A stretch of DNA of 64,000 nt from Armatimonadota bacterium (GCA_037138755.1 JBAXHT010000001.1:31805-95804); one strand, 5' to 3'; shown: positions 40,226 to 49,899, counted from the stretch's first letter. The notes: generated by a model from the sequence alone, not told the origin. Made by a program: numbers and translations.

Positions 40226-42097
40226 TTAGTCCGGGTTTGCTAGCCTGAGTGCTGCAATACGATTTTTGAGGGACGGGTGTGTCGACAAAACCTCATCAAA
40301 CTTAACTAGCTCATGAGGAGCCTCGTTGAGGGTGTGAATGGCGACCAAAGCCCTCTCCACCGTTTCACGACTACCAATTGTCTCCATCGCAAAGCGATCA
40401 GCTTCTCGCTCCGCTTTGCGCTTCTGCCAACTGACGACAGGAAGGATGATAAAGGAAATCAGCATGTTTGCGAAAATGCCAAGCCCGAAGAGGCTGATCT
40501 TATAGTTACGGTCGAGCCACTCGGCAAACGAGTAGTAGCCGAAGAAGAGCGGAACCTGCAACGCCAAAGAGAGCAGGATCCCTTTTGGCACGTGTTGGAA
40601 TCGGATATGTCCAACTTCGTGAGCGATGATCGCTTTCACTTCCTCTTCAGGTAGTTTTTCAAGTAGTCCCTCGTTGATGGTGACAATGCGCCACAAACTG
40701 GCAGATGCATTGATCACCTCCGTCTTCTGGATTCTTACCCCGCGAATCTTTGCGTTCGCCCGCTGGGCGTAATCCATCGTGACGTCGTACCACTGATCGC
40801 CAGGACTAAGTTCGATGTGTGTTTCGTTCCTCTTCTTCCGGCTGATCAGCGCCATGGCTGCAAAGGTGATGACCATCGGAGCAAAAATGATGACTCGGAT
40901 CAGGGTGGGGTTGACCCCGCGCAAGTACGGTTTCAAAAAGGGCATTCCAACCAGAAACGCCATCATGAAGATCAGAGGAATCATTATTAGCTTGAGAAAC
41001 CACATTGACTTCTCGGCCTCAATCTGCTCCTTGGTCTTTGGGACTTTATCAATTCCCCGTCGCCTGAGTTTTAGTTTCAACCAGATTCGTGACCCCACGA
41101 AGCTTGTCCCCGCCAGAAGAACCATTGCAGGCAACAAAAAGTTTGTTGGTATTCGATTCAAAACCTCTGGTGTTGGTGCTCGATCCATTGCGCCCCGGCC
41201 CAAAACCATGGGAAGGACGATGAGCATTGGGAGTACGCCCGGCAGGGATTTCAGTATTGCCATCGGACGATTTTTGACCGACTCAAGATAGGCCGCTTGT
41301 ACCTCTTCGGGCGATTTTGGGGGCTTTGATTCTTCGCCCGGAGTCCCGACGGCTGCTTGCTTGGCAAATTCGTCAGCGTTGCGAAGAGAAACGACAGCGG
41401 GCCACCACATTAGAATCGGCATCGCGAGCACCAGAACCAACATGAAGCCGATCATCAACCAGGCGACCGACTTTCCGAGCAAGGTCACAGTCTCATGGTA
41501 GACGAGCTTTGAGGCTGGTTTGACTTCCTTCGCGGAGAAGAAACTGGAGGTAGTTAGGTCGCGAGAGTCGACCTTTCCATCTACATTTAGCTTTATAAAT
41601 TTTGCGTCTGACTTTCGGACGTAGTAGTAGATCGGCTTCGGTAAGACTTTGCTTTTCTCGAACGCTTCGACGAGCTTGGAAAAATTCCACTCAAAGTGAC
41701 TGGTGTCTCCCGCTCTTCTAATGTAATCGTTTGCTTCGAGATCGACCATTCTCGTCTTCGTCCCTTCGGCTTCAATGAAGTCAATTTTTGGAAGATCCAC
41801 CTCGTTCGCAATTCTCTTGGAGTCCTCAAGAAGTGCTTTTCGATTGACATCGAAAGGAACCATCACAAGTAGGTCGACATTATCGACCTTAAAGAGAATA
41901 TGAACCTGCGTGCCCCTATCGCCTCCTATCAGGTCGACCCAGTTTGTGCCTTGATTCTCGCTCTCTCTGAGTGCGCCGCGCATTGCACTCGAATAACTCT
42001 CGGTCTGAAATCTAACGTCCTGGCCCGATGCAAACTGGGCCGATGCAAGGCTAGTCAAGAGCGCAACAAACAAGAGAACTGCGCGGACGTAAGTCAC
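40226..42097 (-). CDS. M48 family membrane metalloprotease with a large N-terminal extracytoplasmic domain
   Basis: Signal peptide, multiple TMs, INASA, IVTINEGLL, AHEVGH, EREADRFA, STHPSLKNRI. Confidence 0.85.
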   Translation of the reverse strand: MTYVRAVLLFVALLTSLASAQFASGQDVRFQTESYSSAMRGALRESENQGTNWVDLIGGDRGTQVHILFKVDNVDLLVMVPFDVNRKALLEDSKRIANEVDLPKIDFIEAEGTKTRMVDLEANDYIRRAGDTSHFEWNFSKLVEAFEKSKVLPKPIYYYVRKSDAKFIKLNVDGKVDSRDLTTSSFFSAKEVKPASKLVYHETVTLLGKSVAWLMIGFMLVLVLAMPILMWWPAVVSLRNADEFAKQAAVGTPGEESKPPKSPEEVQAAYLESVKNRPMAILKSLPGVLPMLIVLPMVLGRGAMDRAPTPEVLNRIPTNFLLPAMVLLAGTSFVGSRIWLKLKLRRRGIDKVPKTKEQIEAEKSMWFLKLIMIPLIFMMAFLVGMPFLKPYLRGVNPTLIRVIIFAPMVITFAAMALISRKKRNETHIELSPGDQWYDVTMDYAQRANAKIRGVRIQKTEVINASASLWRIVTINEGLLEKLPEEEVKAIIAHEVGHIRFQHVPKGILLSLALQVPLFFGYYSFAEWLDRNYKISLFGLGIFANMLISFIILPVVSWQKRKAEREADRFAMETIGSRETVERALVAIHTLNEAPHELVKFDEVLSTHPSLKNRIAALRLANPD

Positions 42098-42125
42098 GTC
42101 TGCATTGTATCAAAACTGACCGTCT

Positions 42126-42392
42126 CTAAATGTAAAGATTCCAGCCTTTTGTCTCGCTAGGAGAATTCGTTGTCTCGTGGGTGATGTACCTGATCTGGTG
42201 AGCGGGGACAAAGAAGTTCATCCCGTCGACGGCGTGGATTTCGATGAAATCGCCGTAGACCTTGACGGTTGCGGTGTAACCCATGTCGGGTACTCCTTCG
42301 CCGATGAGCTTGAATTCAACCGTATGGTGCTGCTCATGCTCGCGGCGGATGATTCGGGCGATATAGTCGGACGTCGGGTGCATTGTTGACAT
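42126..42392 (-). CDS. Small hypothetical protein, possible Sm/Hfq-like fold
   Basis: 88 aa, one helix followed by a beta-strand pattern. TAGGAT lies 6 nt upstream of the ATG. Confidence 0.55.
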   Translation of the reverse strand: MSTMHPTSDYIARIIRREHEQHHTVEFKLIGEGVPDMGYTATVKVYGDFIEIHAVDGMNFFVPAHQIRYITHETTNSPSETKGWNLYI

Positions 42393-42514
42393 GGCGTAAT
42401 CCTATCACGATTGATTTGGGTTGCCAAGTTCCATATCATCACCGACGCGTATAAAGCGGATAAAACCGAGGACTCTTCCTCCGCCCCGCAAGAACCCGCT
42501 ATAATCCCTCACCC

Positions 42515-42793
42515 ATGGATGACGCACAGAAGCGTGAACTGACTCATCGGCTGATCAAGCGGCAACTGAACCTGAGCCTTCGCATTGCAGCGATATTTGT
42601 GCTGATCCTGGTCGGGCTTCCGCTGGTGAATCTGTTTTTGCCCGATCTGGCGGCGACAAACATAGGTGGGTTTAGCGCGACTTGGCTCGTTCTCGGCCTC
42701 CTCTTTTATCCCCTAACATGGGTGCTCAGTAGTTGGTTTGTCAGTGGCTCCGAGAAGCTGGAAGCCGAAATTGTAGCAGAGGAGTCGAAGTGA
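42515..42793 (+). CDS. DUF485-like small membrane partner of an SSS transporter
   Basis: Two TMs, LIKRQLNLSL, WLVLGLLFYP; overlaps the start of the symporter gene. Confidence 0.7.
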   Translation: MDDAQKRELTHRLIKRQLNLSLRIAAIFVLILVGLPLVNLFLPDLAATNIGGFSATWLVLGLLFYPLTWVLSSWFVSGSEKLEAEIVAEESK

Positions 42794-44757
42794 AGGCGGC
42801 TGAGTTGATTCCGCTGGCTTGGGTCGTTTTGGTGACCGTTGCGACCATTATGCTCGGCGTTTGGGCGACCAAAAAGTCGTCTTCGGCGAGTGATTTCTTT
42901 GTGGCCGGTCGTTCGGTTAATGTTTTTTGGAACGCTTCTGCGATTTCGGGCGAGTATCTGTCGGCCGCTTCATTTATGGGAGTGGCCGGGCTGGTGATGA
43001 AGAACGGGTACGACGCTCTTTGGTATCCGGTGGGTTATGCGGCGGGGTATCTGTTTTTGTTGCTGTTTATTGCGGGTCCGTTGCGGCGTTTTGGGGCCTA
43101 TACGATTCCAGATTTTGCCGAGGGACGCTTTCACTCGCCAGCCTTCCGTAAGGTCGCGGTTTCGTTTGTGCTGTTCATCGGGTTCTTTTACACTCTGCCG
43201 CAGATGAAAGGCGCTGGGGTGACGATGCAAGGCATCATGGGCTGGCCCTACTGGGTCGGAATCTTGGTCGTTGGCTCGGTTATCACTTTCAACGTTGCGG
43301 TGGGCGGGATGAAGGGGATCACGCTGGTTCAGGCGGCGCAGTACTGGATGAAGGTTTTTGCGATTTCACTGCCGCTGTTTGTGGTGATGTCGGTTGTTGG
43401 TTTTTACAACAAGCCTTTAGAGACGGCTCGGGCGGACGCTAAGGGGATTCCTTCGATTCCAGGTGACGTGATCAAAATGAAAGGCCAGGCTGCGGCTCCC
43501 AATAATGCGCTGGCCCTATCCTCGGCTCGAACAAGTTTGGTCAAGTTTGAAACGGACGCAAAGTTGGTTGCAGTCTCGGTGAATCCAAAACCCAAGCCTG
43601 GGGATATCTTCGACGCGAGCCAAGCAATCACAGCGATCGGTTCTACCCTTGCTATCGACTCGAAGAGTAAGGATGTGACAGTTCCAAAGGACACTCTTAT
43701 TCAAGTCACACCCTTTGAAGTGACTTCGGCCGAGGGGAAGGCCAGCAAGGCATCGCTCAAGCTTGAGTTTGCGGAGAAGTCTGAAATTCGGGTGACCGCG
43801 CCTGAAGGCCAGCCGGCTCTGGCTCCGAACGCTCCGGCGAACGGTAAGTGGCTCAACCCCTTTGGCCCGCTCACCAGCAAGCACGGATATCCGCTTCTCT
43901 ACACCTACTCGCTCATCATCGCTTTGGTATGCGGAACGGCGGGTTTGCCGCATATTCTTGTTCGGTTCTATACCAATCCCGACGGAAAGTCTGCGAAGCG
44001 GACGACCCTTTGGGTGATGGTGATGCTGGGCGCGTTTTACGTGTTCACGCCGATTTGGGGCTCGCTGGGACGATTGGCGATGCCGATTCTTTATGCCTCC
44101 AACAGCACGGACTCGGCGGTGATCAAGCTGCCGATGATGGTCGATGGCGGCGGGGTTTGGGGCGCAATGCTCAGCGGAATTACCTCAGCGGGGGCCTTTG
44201 CGGCGTTTATGTCGACGTTCTCGGGATTGCTCGTCTCGATGTCGGGAGCGTTTGCCCACGACATCTATGGGAAGATATTGAAGCCTTCCGCTGCACCACA
44301 AGACAAGTTGAAGATGTTCAAGTTTGCCGCAATCGGCATCGGTGTAGTATCGATGCTCCTCGGCTTGCTGGTGGAGAGCTTTGATATCGCGATGATGGTC
44401 GGCTGGGCGTTCGCAATTGGTGCGGCCTCGTACTTCCCTTTGTTGCTTCTGGGTGCCTGGTGGCGGGGGCTTACTGCTAAGGGGGCGGCAAGCGGGATGC
44501 TCGTTGGCGGGTTGGCTTCATTGGCGGCGATTGTTACAACGATGCTTGTGGATAAGAAGGTCCTCACTTTGGATCTGTCGCCGCTGGTGAAGTCGTTGAT
44601 GGAGCAACCTGCCATCTGGGCGGTTCCTTTGTCGTTGCTGCTGATGATTTTCGTGAGTAAGGCCACTGCCGGCGAAGTTCCGGCGGATGCAGATACGATC
44701 ATGCTGAGGCTGCATGCTCCGGAGGAGCTGGGGCACTCGAAGGATTACATCAGCTAG
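42790..44757 (+). CDS. Cation/acetate symporter (ActP-like, SSS family) with a large loop insertion
   Basis: SDFFVAGR, NASAISGEYLSAASFMG, GTAGLPHILVRFYTNPDG, AGAFAAFMST.SGLL, WAFAI.AAS.FP. GTG 42790 is coupled to the upstream stop. Confidence 0.88.
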   Translation: MKAAELIPLAWVVLVTVATIMLGVWATKKSSSASDFFVAGRSVNVFWNASAISGEYLSAASFMGVAGLVMKNGYDALWYPVGYAAGYLFLLLFIAGPLRRFGAYTIPDFAEGRFHSPAFRKVAVSFVLFIGFFYTLPQMKGAGVTMQGIMGWPYWVGILVVGSVITFNVAVGGMKGITLVQAAQYWMKVFAISLPLFVVMSVVGFYNKPLETARADAKGIPSIPGDVIKMKGQAAAPNNALALSSARTSLVKFETDAKLVAVSVNPKPKPGDIFDASQAITAIGSTLAIDSKSKDVTVPKDTLIQVTPFEVTSAEGKASKASLKLEFAEKSEIRVTAPEGQPALAPNAPANGKWLNPFGPLTSKHGYPLLYTYSLIIALVCGTAGLPHILVRFYTNPDGKSAKRTTLWVMVMLGAFYVFTPIWGSLGRLAMPILYASNSTDSAVIKLPMMVDGGGVWGAMLSGITSAGAFAAFMSTFSGLLVSMSGAFAHDIYGKILKPSAAPQDKLKMFKFAAIGIGVVSMLLGLLVESFDIAMMVGWAFAIGAASYFPLLLLGAWWRGLTAKGAASGMLVGGLASLAAIVTTMLVDKKVLTLDLSPLVKSLMEQPAIWAVPLSLLLMIFVSKATAGEVPADADTIMLRLHAPEELGHSKDYIS

Positions 44758-44855
44758 TCGTTAGTTTCGGATTCAAAGGGCCAGTTACTGGATGGTCGGT
44801 GATACCCTCGGGAGCCTTGCCCGCCCAGGGAGCGAGTTAGCGGCCAACACAGAAT

Positions 44856-44916
44856 ATGCATCCAAAACATTGCATAACTGCGATCAACGCCGTATAATGC
44901 ATCCGTAAGGCTGCAC
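44856..44916. promoter_or_regulatory. Two copies of a palindromic operator, likely for the ArsR regulator
   Basis: ATGCATCC-AAAA-CATTGCAT (44856-44875) and ATGCATCC-GTAA-GGCTGCAC (44897-44916). The second overlaps TATAAT (44893-44898). Confidence 0.6.
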
Positions 44917-44918
44917 AT

Positions 44919-45395
44919 ATGGAAATCACTCGTACCTCTGATGCTCTCAGTAGCGAATTCGTCGTCAAAGCTCCGCTTGAAAAGGCGTGGGCAGCTCTCA
45001 CCACTAAGGACGGGTGGGAGGCTTGGTTTAGCGACCGGGTGAACAGCGACTTTCAGGTGGGGAGTCCGCTGGTGATGTACTTTGACGGGTATGGCGAGCA
45101 AACGGGGACGGTCGTTGAGCGGGACGAGCACAGGTCGTTTGCGTATCAATGGCACCCGGGCGAGGGCGACTGGAGTGAGCGTCCAGATGCGGAAAAAACC
45201 ACCGTTCGCTTTACGATTGAGCCAGTTGACTCTGGAACGAAGATCACCATGGTCGAATCTGGGTTCAGCAGGGTGCTTGAAGCGCGGCGTCCGAAGGCGT
45301 TTGAGGACAACACGGGCGGCTGGAGCTACATGATGAAGCAGATCGTGCGTTGGTTGGAAGACGACGTTCGCCAGTCCGGCTCGATCAAGGAGTAA
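44919..45395 (+). CDS. SRPBCC/AHSA1 domain protein
   Basis: APLEKAWAALT, AWF, FAYQW, TTVRFTIEP..SGTKIT..ESGF, NTGGW. Confidence 0.9.
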   Translation: MEITRTSDALSSEFVVKAPLEKAWAALTTKDGWEAWFSDRVNSDFQVGSPLVMYFDGYGEQTGTVVERDEHRSFAYQWHPGEGDWSERPDAEKTTVRFTIEPVDSGTKITMVESGFSRVLEARRPKAFEDNTGGWSYMMKQIVRWLEDDVRQSGSIKE

Positions 45396-45396
45396 G

Positions 45397-45705
45397 ATGG
45401 CTTGCCACAAGATTTTCGAGGCCCTCGGCGATCCCACTCGGTTGGCGATCGTCGAGAGGCTGTCGGCGAATGGGCCGACGCCGACGGTTGAGTTGGTCAG
45501 TGATTTTGGAATGACCCGCCAGGCGGCGACCAAGCATCTGCTCATCCTTGAGAACGCGGGCATTGTTCGGAGCGAGACGAAAGGCCGGGTGATCCTGCGG
45601 ATGGTTGAGCCCGCAGCAATGCATGAGGCGAAGGACTGGATGGATCGGCACGCGCAGCGATGGAGCCGGCGGCTGGATGCATTGGCGAGTTATCTGGATG
45701 GTTAG
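45397..45705 (+). CDS. ArsR/SmtB family transcriptional regulator
   Basis: FEALGDPTRLAIV, MTRQAATKHLLILENAGIV, GRV, W..RLDAL. Confidence 0.92.
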   Translation: MACHKIFEALGDPTRLAIVERLSANGPTPTVELVSDFGMTRQAATKHLLILENAGIVRSETKGRVILRMVEPAAMHEAKDWMDRHAQRWSRRLDALASYLDG

Positions 45706-45710
45706 AAGAA

Positions 45711-46382
45711 TTAGACGGGAAATCTGGGTGGGACCGCCACGGCTTTTAGCTGATCGTTCACCTTTCTGCTGAGCAGGTAGCCGAGCCAATAGCAAGCGAT
45801 GTGACTAACCATATCGACCAAATTGAAGCCGATAGATGCGGTATTGATCAAGATCCGCAACGTTGGTATTAGCTCGAAAGACAGAGTGCAGAAGTGGGTG
45901 ACGAGCGCATAGCAGAATACGGTGGCCAGTGGTTCGGTAGAGCCAACCGAGAGCGCGTTCATAGTTCGCTCGTCTTTTGACCGAGATCTGACAACAAGAA
46001 AATCCAACACATAGATTAGGCTGATCAAATTGACAACTGGCATCACGCTGAGCCAAGCCGCACCTTTGGAACTCACTCTGGGTTGAAGCCCACGAAGGCC
46101 AACGACGGTCTGCCACGCGAGTCCAACCCACTGGAAGACGATGACTCCGAATGCGATTGCGAACACCAAGTAGCCAAGTGCAAGAGGGGCAAAAAGGAGG
46201 AGCTTTCCCGAATCATCGAGATACTTGGGACCCCACACCAATTCGAACGTGCTCAGAACAGTGCTTGAACCAACCCACAGTCCGCCCCAAATCAGTCCGA
46301 ACTGAACCAGTCGTTGGAGTTGCTGGGTAGGAACGAGGTAATCGGTTACATCTCCAGGACGGGGGTACTGAGAGAAGGACAT
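45711..46382 (-). CDS. Hypothetical membrane protein (DUF4328-like)
   Basis: Several TMs with an AW...PVVNL motif. TATAAT lies 8 nt upstream of the ATG. Confidence 0.5.
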   Translation of the reverse strand: MSFSQYPRPGDVTDYLVPTQQLQRLVQFGLIWGGLWVGSSTVLSTFELVWGPKYLDDSGKLLLFAPLALGYLVFAIAFGVIVFQWVGLAWQTVVGLRGLQPRVSSKGAAWLSVMPVVNLISLIYVLDFLVVRSRSKDERTMNALSVGSTEPLATVFCYALVTHFCTLSFELIPTLRILINTASIGFNLVDMVSHIACYWLGYLLSRKVNDQLKAVAVPPRFPV

Positions 46383-46460
46383 TAAGGCAAATTATACGCT
46401 TTAGGTTCTTGAACCCGATTTTCAAACGGTTTCCAAATAGCTTTGCTTTAGAATGAGTGC

Positions 46461-47141
46461 ATGAAACCTGCTGGATTCGTGACCATTGGAGCTTTGCTCG
46501 CTACTTTGACCATCGCACACCAACAACGGCCCGCGCAGAATCCGATTAAACCTGCGATGACGGACACGACGAGGGCGAACATCTACGCCGACAACTGGTT
46601 CATGCTCTACATCAATGGGAAGCCAGTCGCTGTTGATCCAATTGACTTTCTGCCGCATAACGTGGTGACACTCGACTTGTTACCTGAGTATCCGATGACA
46701 ATTGCGGTGTTGGCGAAGGATAATGCAGACCCCAAAACCGGATGCGAATACGGCGACCATATTGGCGATGCCGGATTCATTCTGAAGTTCGCCGATGGAA
46801 CGACAACCAACGCAAGCTGGAAGGCGAAGAGCTTTTTCACCGGTCCTTTGAACCGAGATACTCAGAATCCCAAAGTTAGTCGACTCGCGCTTCCAACAAA
46901 CTGGTTTGCCAAGGACTTCGACGACTCCACGTGGAAGAACGCCAAGGAGTATTCCGAGCAGGAAGTTGGGCCCAAAAAGACCTTTTATGACTTCGATTTT
47001 AGCGGAGCGAAGTTCATTTGGTCGGACGATATTGCACTTGATAACACGGTGATTTTCCGGACAAAGATCGACAAGCTGGGCTGGAGAGCGCGTTGGACTA
47101 CGAAACCGGATCTGGATGTATCCAAGTCACCAAGCGAGTGA
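46461..47141 (+). CDS. Secreted hypothetical beta-sandwich protein
   Basis: Signal peptide, IYADNWFMLYING, GDAGFILKF, WFAKDFDDSTW, AKFIWSDD..LDN.V.FR. Confidence 0.6.
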   Translation: MKPAGFVTIGALLATLTIAHQQRPAQNPIKPAMTDTTRANIYADNWFMLYINGKPVAVDPIDFLPHNVVTLDLLPEYPMTIAVLAKDNADPKTGCEYGDHIGDAGFILKFADGTTTNASWKAKSFFTGPLNRDTQNPKVSRLALPTNWFAKDFDDSTWKNAKEYSEQEVGPKKTFYDFDFSGAKFIWSDDIALDNTVIFRTKIDKLGWRARWTTKPDLDVSKSPSE

Positions 47142-47188
47142 TTGGTTGAAATGCGATAGGCTACGCGTTGGGGCGTAGGAATCTGATC

Positions 47189-48232
47189 ATGGAAACTGGG
47201 ATTGACAGCTTTGCGGCGGTTCACAAGGACCCTTTGGACGGCTCGATATCGTCGGCGGTGGACCGATTGGAGATGCTGCTTGAGGAAATTCAGACCGCGG
47301 ATGAAGTCGGGCTGGACGTTTTTGGAGTTGGCGAGCATCATCGGGCGGAGTTTTTGGACTCGGCTCCGGTGGTGATTCTTGCGGCGGCGGCGGCTCGGAC
47401 GTCGAAGATCAAGCTTACAAGTGCGGTAACTGTGCTCAGTGCTGCCGACCCAGTTCGGGTGTTTCAGGAGTTTGCGACGCTCGACTTGATCTCAAAGGGC
47501 CGCGCTGAGATCGTGGTCGGAAGGGGGTCTTTTGGGGAGGCGTTTCCGCTTTTTGGACTACAGGCCGAGGATTATGATGACCTGTTTACCGAAAAGCTCG
47601 ACCTACTTTTGACTTTGCAAGAAGACGTGAATGTGCATTGGAACGGACGCCACCGTCCAGCGCTGACGGGGCAAGGAGTGTACCCACGGCCATATCAGAA
47701 AGAGATTCCAATCTGGTTGGGAGTTGGCGGGACTCCACAGTCGTTTGTTCGCGCCGGTCTGCTCGGATTGCCGCTGATGGTGGCGATTATTGGCGGCGAA
47801 TTCCGGCGGTTCCGTCCGCTGGTGGATCTGTACCGTCAGGCGTTTCGGGAGTCTGGGCATCCCGAAGAAGGGATGAAAGTCGGAGTGCATGCGTTCGGGT
47901 TTGTGGGTGAGACAACCGAGTTGGCGAAGGACACGTTTTTCCCGGGCTGGTTCCAGATGTTCACAGAGATCGGTCGTGAGCGCGGTTGGCCGCCTCCTTC
48001 GCGTGCGCAGTTTGAGGCGCTTTGCGGCGATAGCGGGGCCTACTTGATCGGCGATCCAGCGAGGGTTGCGGAAAAGGCGTTGGCAGCGAGCGAGGCGTTG
48101 GGCGGGATTCAGCGACTAACGTTCCAAAAGAGCTCTGCTTTGGTTCGACATGAGCAGATGAAGGAGTCGATTCGGCTTTTGGGGAACGAGGTCGCGCCCC
48201 TGGTAAGGGCGAAGTCCGGGCAGGTAGCCTAG
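47189..48232 (+). CDS. LLM-class (luciferase-like) flavin-dependent oxidoreductase
   Basis: GVGEHHR, LTSAVTVLSAADPVRV, GRGSF.E.FPLFG, GVGGTPQS. Start likely ATG 47189. Confidence 0.92.
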   Translation: METGIDSFAAVHKDPLDGSISSAVDRLEMLLEEIQTADEVGLDVFGVGEHHRAEFLDSAPVVILAAAAARTSKIKLTSAVTVLSAADPVRVFQEFATLDLISKGRAEIVVGRGSFGEAFPLFGLQAEDYDDLFTEKLDLLLTLQEDVNVHWNGRHRPALTGQGVYPRPYQKEIPIWLGVGGTPQSFVRAGLLGLPLMVAIIGGEFRRFRPLVDLYRQAFRESGHPEEGMKVGVHAFGFVGETTELAKDTFFPGWFQMFTEIGRERGWPPPSRAQFEALCGDSGAYLIGDPARVAEKALAASEALGGIQRLTFQKSSALVRHEQMKESIRLLGNEVAPLVRAKSGQVA

Positions 48233-48237
48233 GCGCA

Positions 48238-49389
48238 ATGGACCTTCTCACAATTCGGCACGATCTGCACGCTCACCCCCAGATTCGCTTTGAGGAGACC
48301 TATGCGAGCGAGCTGATTCAGCGGGAGCTGTCGGCTCTGGGAATTGAATTCAAAGCTGGATTGGCTAAGGGCACCGGAGTTTTGGGCTATTTGCCCGCGA
48401 CTTCTGATCCAGCGAGCGCCCCGACGATTGCTTTACGTGCCGACATCGACGCACTCCCGATTCACGAGGAGACGGGCAAGCCCTATGCAAGCACGATTCC
48501 GGGCCGGATGCATGCTTGTGGACATGATGGGCACACGACAATCTTGTTGGGGGTTGCTTCCGCTTTGGCAAATCAGGCGGTTCGACCGAATAACGTCTTG
48601 ATGGTTTTTCAGCCCGCCGAGGAAGGTGGGGCCGGGGGAGATTTGATGGTCAAGGACGGTTGCTTGAACGGTTCGCTCCTGGGCAAGAAAGCAGACATGA
48701 TGTTCGGGTTACACGGCTGGACGACCGTGAAGATTGGTCATGTGGCGACGAAAGTTGGGCCGATGATGGCTTCGACAGATGAGTTTTACGTCGAGATGGT
48801 CGGGCAAGGCGGACACGCGGCGGCTCCGGAGAGCACTCGCGATCCGATTGTGGCGATTGCGTCGTTCATCACGACGGTTCAGCAGATTGCTTCGCGGAAC
48901 ACCGAACCGTTCGACAACATCGTCGTGACAGTTGGGCAAGTTCATGGCGGAACCGCGAACAATATTATTCCGATGTCCGCGATGGTTCACGGGACGATTC
49001 GGACGATGAACGCGGAGACTCGGGTGATGGCGAAGAAGCGGCTGGAGCAGGTGGCCCACGGCGTCGCTGCGGCACACGATGTCGAGGCAAAGGTGACCAT
49101 TAATGAAGGGTATCCGGTCGTGGTGAACCACGAAGACGCAGTTGCGCGGTTCGTGACAGTAGCGCGTGGCGTGCTGGGCGAAGACAAAGTCAGCGACAAA
49201 GCCGAGCCGACAATGGGAGGCGAGGATTTCGCTTATTACTCGTCGGAGTGCCCTTGTTGCTTCTACCAGTTGGGTCTGATTCCCGAAGGTGTCGAAGAGA
49301 TTCCAAGCGTGCACACGCCGCACTTTGACTTCAATGATGATGCTCTAGAGATCGGGGTTCGCGTGATGACTGCGTTGGCGTTGTCGTAG
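48238..49389 (+). CDS. M20D family amidohydrolase
   Basis: HAHPQI.FEE, ALRADIDALPI, MHACGHDGH, FQPAEEG, GGHAA.P, MGGEDF, HTPHFDF. Confidence 0.93.
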   Translation: MDLLTIRHDLHAHPQIRFEETYASELIQRELSALGIEFKAGLAKGTGVLGYLPATSDPASAPTIALRADIDALPIHEETGKPYASTIPGRMHACGHDGHTTILLGVASALANQAVRPNNVLMVFQPAEEGGAGGDLMVKDGCLNGSLLGKKADMMFGLHGWTTVKIGHVATKVGPMMASTDEFYVEMVGQGGHAAAPESTRDPIVAIASFITTVQQIASRNTEPFDNIVVTVGQVHGGTANNIIPMSAMVHGTIRTMNAETRVMAKKRLEQVAHGVAAAHDVEAKVTINEGYPVVVNHEDAVARFVTVARGVLGEDKVSDKAEPTMGGEDFAYYSSECPCCFYQLGLIPEGVEEIPSVHTPHFDFNDDALEIGVRVMTALALS

Positions 49390-49419
49390 CCCCGGCGTCC
49401 ACGCCAGGATCCGGAACCC
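49322..49419 (+). repeat. Direct repeat copy 1 (attL-like): amidohydrolase 3' end plus REP-like hairpin
   Basis: 96/98 identical to 51492-51589. The two mismatches are synonymous (AAT/AAC, CGC/CGG). Confidence 0.95.
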
Positions 49420-49656
49420 GGCAGGGACGCGCCAGAGTGTGCAGACTCGAAGCTTCGACAGAGATTATTACGCGGTGAGTAGCGAGCAGATGCTCAACCT
49501 GGAGCCGTCATGTAGAACCTCGAACAGAAAAATCAGATATCAACTACAAATTATTTTGAAGTCTTTTCCAATTTGGTCAGTACTTGGGTTATAATTCACA
49601 ATAGCGACAGCACTATTGAGGAAGCAATATTTGTAACTTGCTTAGAGAATGCACTA

Positions 49657-49899
49657 ATGGATATCCCTCCCAAGTCTGGTTCGATCATTAATCCCAATCC
49701 AATTTTCAAGGTTTTTTTGAGGGCGGTTGGATTATGCGTACTGCTTTTGCTCGGGTTTATCACAGAGAAACGGTTGAACGTTGTTACTGAGTGGAGGTAT
49801 CAGAATCGTGTTAAGTCTGCCGCTTGTGTTGACGATTCGAAGCCTACCGAGAAGGATTTCATGGAGGCACTCCAAAGTAGTGTAAGGAGGCAAAATTGA
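49657..49899 (+). CDS. Possible 80-aa single-TM protein
   Basis: ATG 49657, hydrophobic VFLRAVGLCVLLLLGFI, stop overlaps the next start. It may be spurious. Confidence 0.3.
   Translation: MDIPPKSGSIINPNPIFKVFLRAVGLCVLLLLGFITEKRLNVVTEWRYQNRVKSAACVDDSKPTEKDFMEALQSSVRRQN

Noticed and set aside
49867-49876. GCACTCCAAA, matching the end of the REP arm at 53538-53547
   Set aside because: Only 10 nt match and the adjoining hairpin is absent; likely chance
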